A stretch of DNA of 64,000 nucleotides from Myxococcales bacterium (GTDB taxonomy: Bacteria > Myxococcota_A > Polyangia > Palsa-1104 > JAEUJZ01), in assembly GCA_016794365.1 (NCBI GenBank), contig JAEUKB010000025.1, positions 116,693-180,692 on the forward strand, read 5' to 3'. This document shows, in pieces, positions 18,072 through 28,354 of this stretch. The number at the start of each line of letters is the position of its first letter. The first letter of the stretch is position 1. A program made the translations under genes and the position numbers. The notes beneath the pieces are model-generated. The model did no database searches and was not told where the DNA came from. It saw nothing but the letters and a program-made list of their open reading frames with translations.

Positions 18072-21000
18072 ATGCAGTACTTCCAAGAAGCTCGGCAAAG
18101 GGTTGTGCGACAGGGTCTGTGGCTTTCGCTGTGGGCGCTGTGGCTGCTGACGCTACCTACGGGGCTGTCGGGCTGTGGGCCGAAGCTGCAAGCACAAAGC
18201 TCGGTGGCCAGCGTCGAGGTGGTACGGACGCCGATCGAGCTAGATGGATCGCTTGGACGGCACGCGGTGGTCGGCGAAGAGCGGGCGATGGCGGGCCAGA
18301 AAATCCAAGTCGCCGAGCGCGCGCAGGCGCTGCTTCATCACGATGTCGGTGCGCGGATTCTGATCGACGGTGGCAGCGAAGTCCAAGTGACCGAGCAGGG
18401 TGTGCAGCTTTCAAAAGGTCGGCTGTGGGTGGACGCTCGCAGCGGTGGACGGATCGAGATCACGGTCGCTGATCAGACGCTGCTGTCTCAAGCGGCAGGC
18501 TTTGAAGTGACGAGCACGGCTGGTTCAGCTCGGCTGTCGGTGGTGCGCGGCGAAGTGGCGTATGTGGGAACGGGTCGCGGTGTGGTGCGCGCCGGGGAAC
18601 AGCTGTCGATGGGCGGTGGGGCTCCGAAGCTGGCTCCGGTGGCGCTGTGGGAAGACTGGACGGGCGGGCTGGCGTGGCCGGATCCGCGCGTGCAAGGTGG
18701 AGCGCCAGGGCTCGGGGAAGTCGGTGCGCGCAAGCCGGGCAGCCTGGGGGAAGCGCGCTTTCCGCTGTCGCTGCATCGACTGGAAGTGCGTGTGCGCATC
18801 GAAGACGATCTGGCGATTACCACGGTCGAAGAGACGTTTTTTAACCCGGCGGAATCGACGCTGGAAGGCATCTTCCGGGTGCGGCTGCCCGACGATGCGA
18901 TCTTGTCTCGCTTTGCGATTGATCGGCACGGACGCTACGTCGATGGCTACGTCAAAGAGCGCGAGACGGCGCGCCGTGACTACGAATCGAAGGTGTACGA
19001 AGGCTCGACGCACGATCCGGCGCTGCTCGAGTGGGAAGCGCCCGGTCAGTTCAAGGCGCGGCTGTATCCGCTGCCGCCGGGATCGACGCGCAAGGTCTTG
19101 TATCGGTACAGTCAGTGGCTGCCGTTTTCGGGTCCGGGTCACTCGCTGCGGACGTATCGCTTCCCGATGGGCGCAGCGGCGGGAGCGGGCGCACCGATGA
19201 TCCAAGAGCTGGACATCGAGGTGGACGCCAGTCGGGCCGAGGCGAAGGAAGTGCGCTCGGGTCTGGGATCGGTGCTGTCCGAAGATCGCAAGCGCGTGGT
19301 GATGCAGCGCACCGACTATCAGCCAAGCGCGGATCTGGTGGTCGAGCTGGTCGGGGCTGCGCGTCCAGAGGATGTCGCGCGGGTGTATCGGGTGTCGCAC
19401 GAAGATCCACCGAGGCCGGGTGGACACAGCGGCAAGCCGGAAGATGACTATGTGCTGATTCGGACGCTGCCTGCGCCGGTTCCTTCGTCGAGTGAGCGTG
19501 TCCCGATCGATCTGGCGCTGCTGGTCGATGTGTCGGCAGCCACCGACGCGACACACCTGGCGATGGCCAAGACGCTGGTGGAGTCGGTGCTGCGACGGCT
19601 GGGGCCGGACGATCGGGTGGTGCTGCTCGGGGCGGACTTGGATGCGCACGCGGTGGGGGCCAAAAAGACCGGCAAGCGAGAAGCGGTGGCGGCTCCGACG
19701 TGGCAGACGCTCGGGCCGGAGACAACGAATCAGCTCTTGGAGCAGCTCGGTCGGACAACCACAGGTGGTGCGACGGATCTGGGCAAGACGCTCAGCCAAG
19801 CGGCGGCGATGCTCGATCCGGCGCGGATTTCTGCGGTGCTGTACGTCGGTGACGGCAAGCCGACGGTCGGTGAGCTGTCCTTGCCTGCGCTGCGTGAGCG
19901 ACTGGCGAGCCTGCCGCAGCCGCTGCGTCTGTATGCCGTCGGAATTGGCGATGAAGCAAACCTAGAGCTTCTGTCGGGACTGGCGGCGGTGAGCGCAGGA
20001 CAGGCATTCCGCGTCGGAGATCGCAGCGCAGCGGCAGAGACAGCGCTGCAAGTGGTGACGCATGTCAGTCGTCCGGCGGTCAGCAAGCTGAAGATCGATG
20101 TCGGTAGCTCGCTCGATCGGGTCTACCCTCGTGAGACGGTGGCAGTGCGCGCGGGTGAGCCGCTGTTTGTGCTGGCGCGACTGAAGAAGCGACTGCCGTC
20201 GAAGATCACCGTCGAAGGCGTGCAGCTCGGACAGCCGTTTCATCGCTCGTATCGACTGGAAGGTCACGGCATCGACAACACGTCGGATCTGCGGCTGCGC
20301 TGGTCGCAGGCTCGGCTGCATCAGCTCCTTGAGAGCGGTGCTACCGTCGAAGAAGTGGCAGAGCTGGGCGTTCGTCAGAACCTGATCACGCCGTATACGT
20401 CGTACTACGTGCCGAGCGAGGAAGAGGTGTCGCTGCTGGAGCGTGCGATTCCCGAGGTTCGCGCCGCTGGCTGTAGCAGTCGCTCGCCGATGTCGTTTAG
20501 CAAAAATGAGTCGGCTCCGGCGAGTGCGTCATCGCCCGTGGTGGTGTCGGCAGACAATGCGCCACCCGCGCCGCCGGTCGAAGGCAAGATGGGAAGAGCC
20601 GATCGTCGTCGTGCCAAAGACGACAGCGAAGAAATGAGAGAAGGCGCAGAGTCTCCGAAGCTGGCGCTGGAAGCGGCAAAGCCGACGGCTCCGAGTGCAT
20701 CGGCGGCGGCCATGCCGTCTCGGGACGAAGCGTATGCCGAAGCGCCAGCGCCCGTGGAAGCGCCCGCGAAAAAAGCCAAGCGTGCTCTCGCCAAAGAAAA
20801 AGCGGCGTTTGATGGCGATGATTCTCCGAGTGACTCGGGCGGAAGCGCGTTCGGTCTGGTCGGCGCAGGCAAAGGCGGCGGCGGAACGGGCGAAGGCACG
20901 ATTGGACTTGGCGCGATCGGCACCATCGGTCATGGCTCGGGCCGTGGCTATGGCAGCTACGGTGACAAGACTGTCTCGCCGAAGGGACGACGCAACGTCA

Positions 21001-22745
21001 GCCCGGACGTAGCGCTCGGGGTGGCGGAAGTGCGCGGCTCGCTCGACAAAGAGATCATTCGTCGCATCATCCGTCGCCACATCAACGAGGTGAAGTTTTG
21101 CCAAGAGCGTGAGCTTGTGCGCGGCGCGGCCAGCGTCGGACGGCTGCTCGTGCAGTTTACCATCAGCGTCGATGGCTCGGTGATTGCGAGCATTGTGCAA
21201 AGCTCGACGGTGGGCAATCCGGTGCTAGAGCAGTGCGTCGCGTCGGCAGTTCGTCGCTGGGAATTTCCCAAGCCGCGTGGTGGCGTGGTGGTTGTGACGT
21301 ATCCGTTTACCTTCAGGGGCGACGGCGTGAGCAGCGGCTATCAGGAAGTGGCGATTCCGTCGGTGGAAGTCTCGACGCCGGATGTGACGGTGGTGGTCGG
21401 GATTGTCACGCATCGGCCCAAAGGCTGCTCGGCAGCGTCGATGCAGCCGCTGGATGAGCGACGACAGCTTTGGAAAGAGCGCCTGTCGGGCAGCGTGCGC
21501 AGAGCGATGGAAGTGCTGCAAGACGCTGAGCATGGCTGCGAGGTCCGTCGCTGGTCCGAGCGTCGGGAGCTGCTCAAGCTGATGCTACGCAACGTCGGTG
21601 GCCCGCGCGGCATGGTCGAGCTGTACAAGAACTTGTCCGAGGAGCCCGATGATCAGGAATACCTGCGTCACTCGATCCTTGGAGAAGTGCGCAATCCGCG
21701 TGATCTGCGAGTGGTGTACGACGGGCTGGGTCTGGGCGACGAAGAGCGCGCGCTGCTTTCGCAAGAAGTGGTGGCCAAGGCCAAGTCGCTGCCGGACAAG
21801 CTGGCTCGGCTGACGGATCTGCTGGCGAAGTGGCCCGACGATCTGCGGCTGCGGATCTTGCGAATGGAGACGGAAGAATCGCTCGGTGAAGCGGAAGCGG
21901 CGCGTCGGACCGCAGAAGAGATTCGCATCGATCCGTATGCGGATGCTCAGGCGCGGACGGCGGTTGGTGAGCTGCTCGTGCGGCTCGGGGATGATGTCGG
22001 TGCGCGACGGGCGTTTTCAGAGATCGTCGAGTTTGCGCCGCAAGATCCACTGGCGCGGCGACGGCTGGGCGATCTGTATCGGGCGCACGGGCTGTTCGAT
22101 GAAGCGTACCGTCAGTACGAGACGCTGCTTCAGCTTCAGCCGGGGGACAACTCGGTGCTGATCCTGCTGGCAGCGGCGGCGGCGGGCGCGGGCAAGGTCG
22201 AAGAAGCGCTGGGCCTGGAAAAGCGCGTGGTCGGCGATGCAGAGCCGGGCAGCGAGAGCGGTCTGGCCAAGGTGGCGCTGCTGTGGTCCAGCCTGCGACT
22301 GCTGGAGCTGCGTGATCAGGCGCGGACGCTCAAAGGCAAGGACACGACGGAAGAGCTGGCGCTTTTGAACCTGCGGGCACGACAGAGCGGCATCGAGGGT
22401 CTGTATCGTCCGGTTCGGGTGTTTCTGTCGTGGGCTCATCCGGAAGCGGACCTGGATCTGCGGGTGGCGGCTCCGGGTGAGTCGGCGGGTCCAGCGATGG
22501 ACTTGGCGCCGCAGTTTGGTCTGCTCGGCTGGCACAGCGACAAGGCTGCGTCGTCGCGCGGAGAATACGTGATTGAAGTGCGTCGGCAAGACCGCGCTCG
22601 GGCGATTGGCTACGACGTGGTGTTGGAAGTGGTGGTCGCCGAAGGTCAGAGCGACGAGCGGCTGCTCAGTAGCAAGTTCAGGATGGCGGGCGAGCTGGAC
22701 TCGCGACGCTTCCTGCTTCGAGACGGACGGCTTTTGCCCCAGTAA
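18072..22745 (+). CDS. giant multidomain lipoprotein: FecR-like domain, VIT domain, vWA domain, low-complexity Ala/Pro/Lys region, TonB_C-like domain, C-terminal TPR region
   Basis: 1557 aa. Lipoprotein signal (LTLPTGLSGC). FecR-like block (ILIDGGSEVQV...SKGRLWVDA...AGFEVTS). VIT block (FRVRLPDDAILSRFAIDRHGRYVDGYVKERETARRDYE...ARLYPLPPGSTRKV). vWA block (IDLALLVDVSAATD...VLYVGDGKPTVGE). TonB_C-like block (IIRRIIRRHINEVKFCQERE...GRLLVQFTISVDGSV...AVRRWEFPKP). TPR-like helical repeats at the C-terminus. Confidence 0.75.
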   Translation: MQYFQEARQRVVRQGLWLSLWALWLLTLPTGLSGCGPKLQAQSSVASVEVVRTPIELDGSLGRHAVVGEERAMAGQKIQVAERAQALLHHDVGARILIDGGSEVQVTEQGVQLSKGRLWVDARSGGRIEITVADQTLLSQAAGFEVTSTAGSARLSVVRGEVAYVGTGRGVVRAGEQLSMGGGAPKLAPVALWEDWTGGLAWPDPRVQGGAPGLGEVGARKPGSLGEARFPLSLHRLEVRVRIEDDLAITTVEETFFNPAESTLEGIFRVRLPDDAILSRFAIDRHGRYVDGYVKERETARRDYESKVYEGSTHDPALLEWEAPGQFKARLYPLPPGSTRKVLYRYSQWLPFSGPGHSLRTYRFPMGAAAGAGAPMIQELDIEVDASRAEAKEVRSGLGSVLSEDRKRVVMQRTDYQPSADLVVELVGAARPEDVARVYRVSHEDPPRPGGHSGKPEDDYVLIRTLPAPVPSSSERVPIDLALLVDVSAATDATHLAMAKTLVESVLRRLGPDDRVVLLGADLDAHAVGAKKTGKREAVAAPTWQTLGPETTNQLLEQLGRTTTGGATDLGKTLSQAAAMLDPARISAVLYVGDGKPTVGELSLPALRERLASLPQPLRLYAVGIGDEANLELLSGLAAVSAGQAFRVGDRSAAAETALQVVTHVSRPAVSKLKIDVGSSLDRVYPRETVAVRAGEPLFVLARLKKRLPSKITVEGVQLGQPFHRSYRLEGHGIDNTSDLRLRWSQARLHQLLESGATVEEVAELGVRQNLITPYTSYYVPSEEEVSLLERAIPEVRAAGCSSRSPMSFSKNESAPASASSPVVVSADNAPPAPPVEGKMGRADRRRAKDDSEEMREGAESPKLALEAAKPTAPSASAAAMPSRDEAYAEAPAPVEAPAKKAKRALAKEKAAFDGDDSPSDSGGSAFGLVGAGKGGGGTGEGTIGLGAIGTIGHGSGRGYGSYGDKTVSPKGRRNVSPDVALGVAEVRGSLDKEIIRRIIRRHINEVKFCQERELVRGAASVGRLLVQFTISVDGSVIASIVQSSTVGNPVLEQCVASAVRRWEFPKPRGGVVVVTYPFTFRGDGVSSGYQEVAIPSVEVSTPDVTVVVGIVTHRPKGCSAASMQPLDERRQLWKERLSGSVRRAMEVLQDAEHGCEVRRWSERRELLKLMLRNVGGPRGMVELYKNLSEEPDDQEYLRHSILGEVRNPRDLRVVYDGLGLGDEERALLSQEVVAKAKSLPDKLARLTDLLAKWPDDLRLRILRMETEESLGEAEAARRTAEEIRIDPYADAQARTAVGELLVRLGDDVGARRAFSEIVEFAPQDPLARRRLGDLYRAHGLFDEAYRQYETLLQLQPGDNSVLILLAAAAAGAGKVEEALGLEKRVVGDAEPGSESGLAKVALLWSSLRLLELRDQARTLKGKDTTEELALLNLRARQSGIEGLYRPVRVFLSWAHPEADLDLRVAAPGESAGPAMDLAPQFGLLGWHSDKAASSRGEYVIEVRRQDRARAIGYDVVLEVVVAEGQSDERLLSSKFRMAGELDSRRFLLRDGRLLPQ

Positions 22746-22754
22746 GAGGTCGCC

Positions 22755-25700
22755 ATGAAGAGCGTTGGGCAGTTTCGCAACAAACAAGTCGGCGGCAAAT
22801 ACATCCTTGGCTGGACGCTGTCGGCGTCGCTGTGGATGACGGGCTGTCACAAGCCGCCGTCGCAAGAACCAACGGTTGCTTCGGTGGAAGCCAGCCGCGA
22901 TGGCGCGACGATCACGACGGGCAAGACCCAGCTTCCGATTCAGCGCAGTCAGCGCTTGGTTGCGGGCAGCGTGGTGACGACGCCGCCGGGTGTTCGCTCG
23001 TCGCTGTATCTCGATGCGGGGGCGTGGGTGCTGCTCGATCAGGGCAGCGTGCTCAAGGTGCTCGACAAAGGCATCGAGGTGCAGAGCGGTCGCGCCTGGA
23101 TCGATGCGCGCGTCGGAACCGATGTCCCGGTGATGGCAGCGGGAATTGCTTTGACGGCGCAGCGGGCGGGCCTGGCGGTGACGATGACCGAGGGTGGCGC
23201 CAAGATCTACTGCGCGAGCGGTCAGGTTGGCTGGAAAGGCGCGGGCAAGTCGGGACGGCTGGAGTCCGGCTTGACGCTGCTTGTCTCGGGCGGAGACGCG
23301 AAACAGACGGCGCAGGCGCTGTGGGATGACTTTACGCTGGGACTGGCGGAACCGGGACCGCTGCGGGCGCTGGAACCGGCGGGCGTGGGACAGCTAACGG
23401 CGCGACCTGCGACGGGAGTTGGTACGGCGCGGACGCCGCTGATTGTGCGTGCGCACGACGTGAGCGTGTCGATTGAAGGCGACATGGCGACGACGACGGT
23501 GGAGCAGACGTTCTTTAACCCGCGCTCCGAGTACCTAGAAGGTCTGTACACGGTGCGTCTGCCGGAAGCTGCGATCTTGGAACACTTCGCGGTGGCCGAT
23601 GGGGACGCTGCGCCGCGTCGTGGCTCGGTCCTGCCGATGGATCGTCAGGGCAGCGGCGTGTCGAGCTTTTCCGCGAACCTGGAGTGGGCGGGCTCCGGTC
23701 GCTATCGCGGTCTGATTCGCAACATTGCGCCGGGTAAGGTCAGGAAGGTGGTGCTGCGCTACCGTGAGTGGCTGCCGCACATTCCCTACGCTGACGCCGT
23801 GCGCCGTACCTATGTCTACCCGATGGGACAGAGCGCGCAGATGCAAGCGGGCTCGGTGTCGAACTTGGGAGAGTTTTCGCTGTCGGTGGACGTGGCGCAG
23901 GCGCAGGCAGCGTCGCTTCAGGCCGGGCTCGGTGCGCAGGTCGAAGGCTCGATGGTGACGCTGCGACGCAGTGACTTCAAGCCGACGGCGGACTTTGTGC
24001 TCGATCTGATGGACGGCAAAGAGCGCATCAAAGATCGGCTGGTGGCGTTCCGAGGAGAAGCCGTCGAGGATCAGCGCTATCTGCTGGTGCAGCCGACGCC
24101 AGCGGCGGGTAAGCCAGCCAAGGGTCTTGATGTGGTGCTGCTCGTCGATGTGTCGGCGGGAACGGATGAAGCACGACTGAGCCTGGGCAAGAGCGCGGCG
24201 CAAGCACTGCTCAAGCGACTGACGCCCGAGGATCGGGTCGCGGTGGTGGCGACTTCTCTCGGGGCGGCGACGCTGGGCAGTGAAGCGATGGCCCCGGCGA
24301 CCAAAGAGCGAATCGAGCAGCTCGATGCCCAGCTTGCGAAGCAGACTCCGGGCGGAGCGACGAACCTTCAGCAGGCGTTTCTGCGCGCGGTCGAGCTTCT
24401 GCCGCGTGGGAAAGGCGCGGTGATCTACATTGGCGACGGGCGTCCGACGGTTGGTGCGCTGACCCCGAATGAGCTAAGAGCGCAGCTTCAGCAGCTTGGG
24501 GATCTGCCTCGGTTCTTTGCGGCGGCGGTGGGCAGCGACGCGAATGTGCCGCTGCTGGAGTCGCTGTGTCACTCGGGAACTCGCTCGGGCGTGGTGCGGA
24601 TTGAAGACGCGCCGGATGCGTCGCGGGCGGCGCTGCACCTATTGGAACGGGTGGCGCAGCCGAGCCTTTTGGGCGTCAAGGTAGAGCTGGGCGAAGGCGC
24701 GGATGTGGTCTATCCCGACGAGCCCGTGACGATCGAAAGTGGCGATTCGCTGACGGTGGTGGCCAGGCTGCGCGCCGATCGTCCTCTGCCATCCAAGCTG
24801 GTGCTGCGCGGGCTGCGCGACGGACAGCCGTTTGTCGAGCAGCGCGATCTGACGGTGCGCTCGATCGAAGATGGCGGGGACTTGGCTCGTCGCTGGGCGC
24901 TGTATCGGATGCAAGGTCTGTTGGAGCGTGCGTCGGGCAAAGAAGCGATCTTGGACATCGGCAAGCGCTTTCAGGTGGTGACGCCGTGGACTGCGATCGT
25001 CGTCGCTCCGTCGGGTGGGGAAACGTATCGTCCCTTCGTGGGCGAGCTAGAGGCTGGACAGTTTGTGCCTCCGTCGCTGCGTGGACAGGCTCCACAGGAC
25101 TCGGCGATCGTGCTGGAATCGGGCGTTTCGACGCAGAGCATGCGTCCGGTGAGCATCGGTGAGATGTATGTGCGAGCGCTCAAGTCGCAGAGCAGTGCGG
25201 CGCGGCTGTGTTACGAGCGACGGGCGGCGGGAAATCCGGGCCTGTCGGGTCGCGTCGAGCTGAAGCTGAAGATCGGAATCGATGGGCTGCCCAAGGATGT
25301 CAAGGTCGCGTCTTCGACGCTGCGCAACAAAGAGATCGACGACTGCATCGAGCGCGCGCTGCTGGCGGTGAAGCTGCCGGTGTCTCCCGACGGGAAACCG
25401 CATGATGTGGACTACGCGCTACAGCTCAATCAAAAAGAGCATGACGACGGACCGCAGCGCTGTAGTGCGGCGTCGCGGGCGTATCTGCAAGTGCGCCGAT
25501 CGCTGTGGCGCGAGCGTCTGTCGAGTCATCCCGGCGTCGAGGGTGCGATGACGGTGCTGCGCGAAGCCGAAGCGCGCTGTGAGCTGAAGACCTGGCTGGA
25601 TCGGCGAGCGCTCGTCGATTTGATGCGTGTTCACGTCGGTGGAACCGCGCAGCAGGTCGATCTGTTCCATCGCTTCGACGACAGTGAGTACGCGCAGGAA

Positions 25701-26840
25701 GTTCAGTCGCATCTGCGTCGCGAGATCTTGCGAGCGGTGCGCACGGAAGCGGACATTCGGGCGGCGCAGAGCGGGCTGGCTCTCGACGGTGGAGTCGATG
25801 AAGCGCTGCTGACGCAAGAGCTGAAAAAGACCAAAGGCGTCGCCGAGCAGCTCGCGGTGATTCGTCGCTTTTTGGCGCTGCTACCGGACTCGCTGTCGCT
25901 GAAGCTGAAGCTGCTGGCGCTGCTGGAAGAAGCGAGCGCCGAAAAAGGACTGGCAGCGACGGCCAAGCAAGCGCTGTTTGGGGAAGCGAACCGGCTCATC
26001 GAGTCGCTGCGCGTCGATCCAGGGGCCGATGCTGCGGTTCGTCAGTCCGTCGGTGAGTATCTGATCCGTCGCGGCGAAGGGGCCGAAGGCGCGCGGGCGC
26101 TGTCCGAGATTGTCGAGTTTGCTCCGTTCGATCCGTGGGGACGGCGACGGCTCGGGGATCTGTATCGCGCCCATGGCTTTTTCGACGCTGCGTATCGGGA
26201 ATATCAAGGGCTGAGCTGGCTTTTGCCGCAAGATGACAGCGTGCTGCTTTTGCTGGCGGATGCGGCGGCGGGCGTGGGTCGTACCGACGAAGCGCTGCGA
26301 CTGACCAGTCGGGTGGCGGAAGCGGTGGGCGCGCAGAAGTCGCAGAAAGGGGCTCCGGCGTGGGCGCGCGCGCTGTATGCGGTGCGGTGGGCGCGGCTCT
26401 GCGACGAAGCCCGACGAAAAGGCGATCAGAACCTGCTCGGCCAGCTTGGCGCACGCGGACGTAGCGACGGAATTTCCGGCTACGCAGGCCAGATGCTGGT
26501 GGCGGTGACGTGGTCGCATCCCGACGCGAAGCTTCAGCTCCAGCTGGTTCCACCGGGCAAAGGCAGTGAGCCGCAGCGGGCCAGCATCGCGGGCGGAGAC
26601 GTCGGCATCGAAGCGCAGCGCTACGACAAGGCGCAGTCCGGCGAGTGGCAGCTTCGCGTCATCAAGCCAAGCGTGGCGCTCGGGGCGGGCGAATACAAAG
26701 GCGAGCTGACGGTGCTGCTGTTTGCCGGAACCAAAGAAGAGACGATCCTGCGGCAGCCGATCGCCGTGAGCGCCGGTTTTTCGTCGGTGAAAGAGTTTTC
26801 GCTGCGCGGCAACGTGCTGTCGCCAATTCCCAGCAAGTAG
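22755..26840 (+). CDS. giant multidomain lipoprotein, paralogue of the upstream gene (FecR-like, VIT, vWA, TonB_C-like, TPR)
   Basis: 1361 aa with the same domain order. Lipoprotein signal (LWMTGC). Near-identical blocks shared with the upstream gene (EQTFFNPRSEYLEGLYTVRLPEAAILEHFAV; LVDVSAGTDEARL; EIVEFAPFDPWGRRRLGDLYRAHGFFDAAYREYQGL versus EIVEFAPQDPLARRRLGDLYRAHGLFDEAYRQYETL). Starts 10 bp after the upstream stop. Confidence 0.75.
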   Translation: MKSVGQFRNKQVGGKYILGWTLSASLWMTGCHKPPSQEPTVASVEASRDGATITTGKTQLPIQRSQRLVAGSVVTTPPGVRSSLYLDAGAWVLLDQGSVLKVLDKGIEVQSGRAWIDARVGTDVPVMAAGIALTAQRAGLAVTMTEGGAKIYCASGQVGWKGAGKSGRLESGLTLLVSGGDAKQTAQALWDDFTLGLAEPGPLRALEPAGVGQLTARPATGVGTARTPLIVRAHDVSVSIEGDMATTTVEQTFFNPRSEYLEGLYTVRLPEAAILEHFAVADGDAAPRRGSVLPMDRQGSGVSSFSANLEWAGSGRYRGLIRNIAPGKVRKVVLRYREWLPHIPYADAVRRTYVYPMGQSAQMQAGSVSNLGEFSLSVDVAQAQAASLQAGLGAQVEGSMVTLRRSDFKPTADFVLDLMDGKERIKDRLVAFRGEAVEDQRYLLVQPTPAAGKPAKGLDVVLLVDVSAGTDEARLSLGKSAAQALLKRLTPEDRVAVVATSLGAATLGSEAMAPATKERIEQLDAQLAKQTPGGATNLQQAFLRAVELLPRGKGAVIYIGDGRPTVGALTPNELRAQLQQLGDLPRFFAAAVGSDANVPLLESLCHSGTRSGVVRIEDAPDASRAALHLLERVAQPSLLGVKVELGEGADVVYPDEPVTIESGDSLTVVARLRADRPLPSKLVLRGLRDGQPFVEQRDLTVRSIEDGGDLARRWALYRMQGLLERASGKEAILDIGKRFQVVTPWTAIVVAPSGGETYRPFVGELEAGQFVPPSLRGQAPQDSAIVLESGVSTQSMRPVSIGEMYVRALKSQSSAARLCYERRAAGNPGLSGRVELKLKIGIDGLPKDVKVASSTLRNKEIDDCIERALLAVKLPVSPDGKPHDVDYALQLNQKEHDDGPQRCSAASRAYLQVRRSLWRERLSSHPGVEGAMTVLREAEARCELKTWLDRRALVDLMRVHVGGTAQQVDLFHRFDDSEYAQEVQSHLRREILRAVRTEADIRAAQSGLALDGGVDEALLTQELKKTKGVAEQLAVIRRFLALLPDSLSLKLKLLALLEEASAEKGLAATAKQALFGEANRLIESLRVDPGADAAVRQSVGEYLIRRGEGAEGARALSEIVEFAPFDPWGRRRLGDLYRAHGFFDAAYREYQGLSWLLPQDDSVLLLLADAAAGVGRTDEALRLTSRVAEAVGAQKSQKGAPAWARALYAVRWARLCDEARRKGDQNLLGQLGARGRSDGISGYAGQMLVAVTWSHPDAKLQLQLVPPGKGSEPQRASIAGGDVGIEAQRYDKAQSGEWQLRVIKPSVALGAGEYKGELTVLLFAGTKEETILRQPIAVSAGFSSVKEFSLRGNVLSPIPSK

Positions 26841-26888
26841 CGCGCAGATAGCGCTCGTCTTTTCGGGCGTGTCGCTCGGCGATATTCT

Positions 26889-28352
26889 GTGCGGATGCCA
26901 AACTTCAAAGTCCCGGTCCTTTGTGTGCTGGCCCTCGTCGGCTGCACGAGTGAAGGACTTGATACCCTGGTTCCGCACTTTGATCCGCCCAGCTCGACGA
27001 CGCTTCCGTCGGTTGGGTCGCTGGTGCATGTCATCAACCTGGATGCCGAGCCGACGATTTGCTATTCCACCGACGGAACGAATCCCGAGTGGAACGGTGG
27101 AAGCTGCGCCAAAAAGCTCGATGAGAGCCGCGCGATCGCCGTGCCCGCGTGTGGCTTCAACCTGATCCGCATCGCTTGGCCGACGGGCAGCGACGAAGCA
27201 AACTACAAGGTAGAAAGCGAAGCCTGTCAGTCGAGCTGCGAGCCGGTCGTGCCGTGGCCCAACGGTGAGCTGGCCCAGGCCTACGCACGCTGGACCGACG
27301 AGGTAAAGTGCAAGCTCAACAACTGCCAAAATCCGTCGAGCACCGGCAACTGGTCCACAAGCTGTGACACGGGACAAGTGAGCTGGAACGTCAGCCTCAA
27401 CGGACTGCGCGCGATCAGCACGTTTACCTATGATTCCTGTGCGCACACCGTCACCATCGACGTCAGCGAGGGCGGCAAGCTGGTTCCGCGCAAGTTCACC
27501 TTGATCGTCACCGGCAAGCTGATTCAAGACACGGACTTCGACGGCAGCGGCAACGAAGGCGGCAACGTCACCATCGCGGGCGACTTCACCGGCAAGATCA
27601 ACTCGCGAATTGTCCTCGACAGCAAGCAGCGCAAGGGTGGAACCATCGACGCGGGCTGCTTAAGCGATCCGCTCGACGGCAAGCAGTGTGCGCCGGGCGG
27701 AGCGACGATTGCGTACAACTTCCCCGACTTTGGCTGTCGCGGCGGAATCTGTCCGGTCGCAGCATCGGGAACCTGCAAGCAGCCTGACACGGACAGCGAC
27801 GGTGTGCCCGATGACAAAGACAACTGTCCGATGCTGGCCAATACCGATCAGCTTGATGTCGATCGCGACGGTGTGGGCGACGAGTGTGACAGCGAGCCTG
27901 CGTTCGCGCTCTTGCGCTTCAAGGTGGGAAGTCGCTGTCTGACGCTGGGCACCAAAAAGCAGGTTCATTCGACCAGCACCTGCGAGCCGACGGACCCCAA
28001 GCAGCAGTGGCAGATGTTTCCGTCGGGAAATGCCTATGGATTTCGCAATCTCTCGACGGGAGAGTGTCTGAGCCAGAGCGGTGTGCTGGCGGGACCGTGG
28101 ACGGTGGTGACGGCTCCGTGTGATGGCACCGATAAGCAGCGCTGGAAGCTAGAGACCTATAACCAAGGCGGCACCGACGCGAAATATCCGCTGCGTATGC
28201 ACAACGTCGCCGAAAACTTCTGCATCTACACCGATCTGACCGGGCTGGTGTACGGGACGGCGCTCAACTGCGATCTGGCTGGAACAGAGTCCAATCGCAA
28301 AGTTGGTGTCTACCTGGGCGGAGCGTTTGACAAGGCTCCGTTCGTTCCTTGA
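26889..28352 (+). CDS. secreted lipoprotein with thrombospondin type 3 (Ca-binding) repeats and C-terminal ricin-B/QxW lectin-like domain
   Basis: Signal with Cys (VLALVGC). TSP3 motifs (DTDSDGVPDDKDNCPMLANTDQLDVDRDGVGDECD). C-terminal QxW-type repeats (KQQWQMFP, KQRWKLETY) on a beta-trefoil-like segment. Confidence 0.65.
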   Translation: MRMPNFKVPVLCVLALVGCTSEGLDTLVPHFDPPSSTTLPSVGSLVHVINLDAEPTICYSTDGTNPEWNGGSCAKKLDESRAIAVPACGFNLIRIAWPTGSDEANYKVESEACQSSCEPVVPWPNGELAQAYARWTDEVKCKLNNCQNPSSTGNWSTSCDTGQVSWNVSLNGLRAISTFTYDSCAHTVTIDVSEGGKLVPRKFTLIVTGKLIQDTDFDGSGNEGGNVTIAGDFTGKINSRIVLDSKQRKGGTIDAGCLSDPLDGKQCAPGGATIAYNFPDFGCRGGICPVAASGTCKQPDTDSDGVPDDKDNCPMLANTDQLDVDRDGVGDECDSEPAFALLRFKVGSRCLTLGTKKQVHSTSTCEPTDPKQQWQMFPSGNAYGFRNLSTGECLSQSGVLAGPWTVVTAPCDGTDKQRWKLETYNQGGTDAKYPLRMHNVAENFCIYTDLTGLVYGTALNCDLAGTESNRKVGVYLGGAFDKAPFVP

Positions 28353-28354
28353 TC

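Noticed and set aside
18525-19799. Long antisense ORFs (for example 424 aa at 18525-19799; 548 aa at 25881-27527; 486 aa at 35123-36583; 396 aa at 55186-56376; 223 aa at 20529-21200) overlapping the large annotated genes
   Set aside because: Their translations are Arg/Pro/His-rich low-complexity strings with no recognisable motifs. They lie entirely within strongly supported genes on the other strand. They are the stop-codon-poor shadow frames typical of roughly 60-70% GC DNA.
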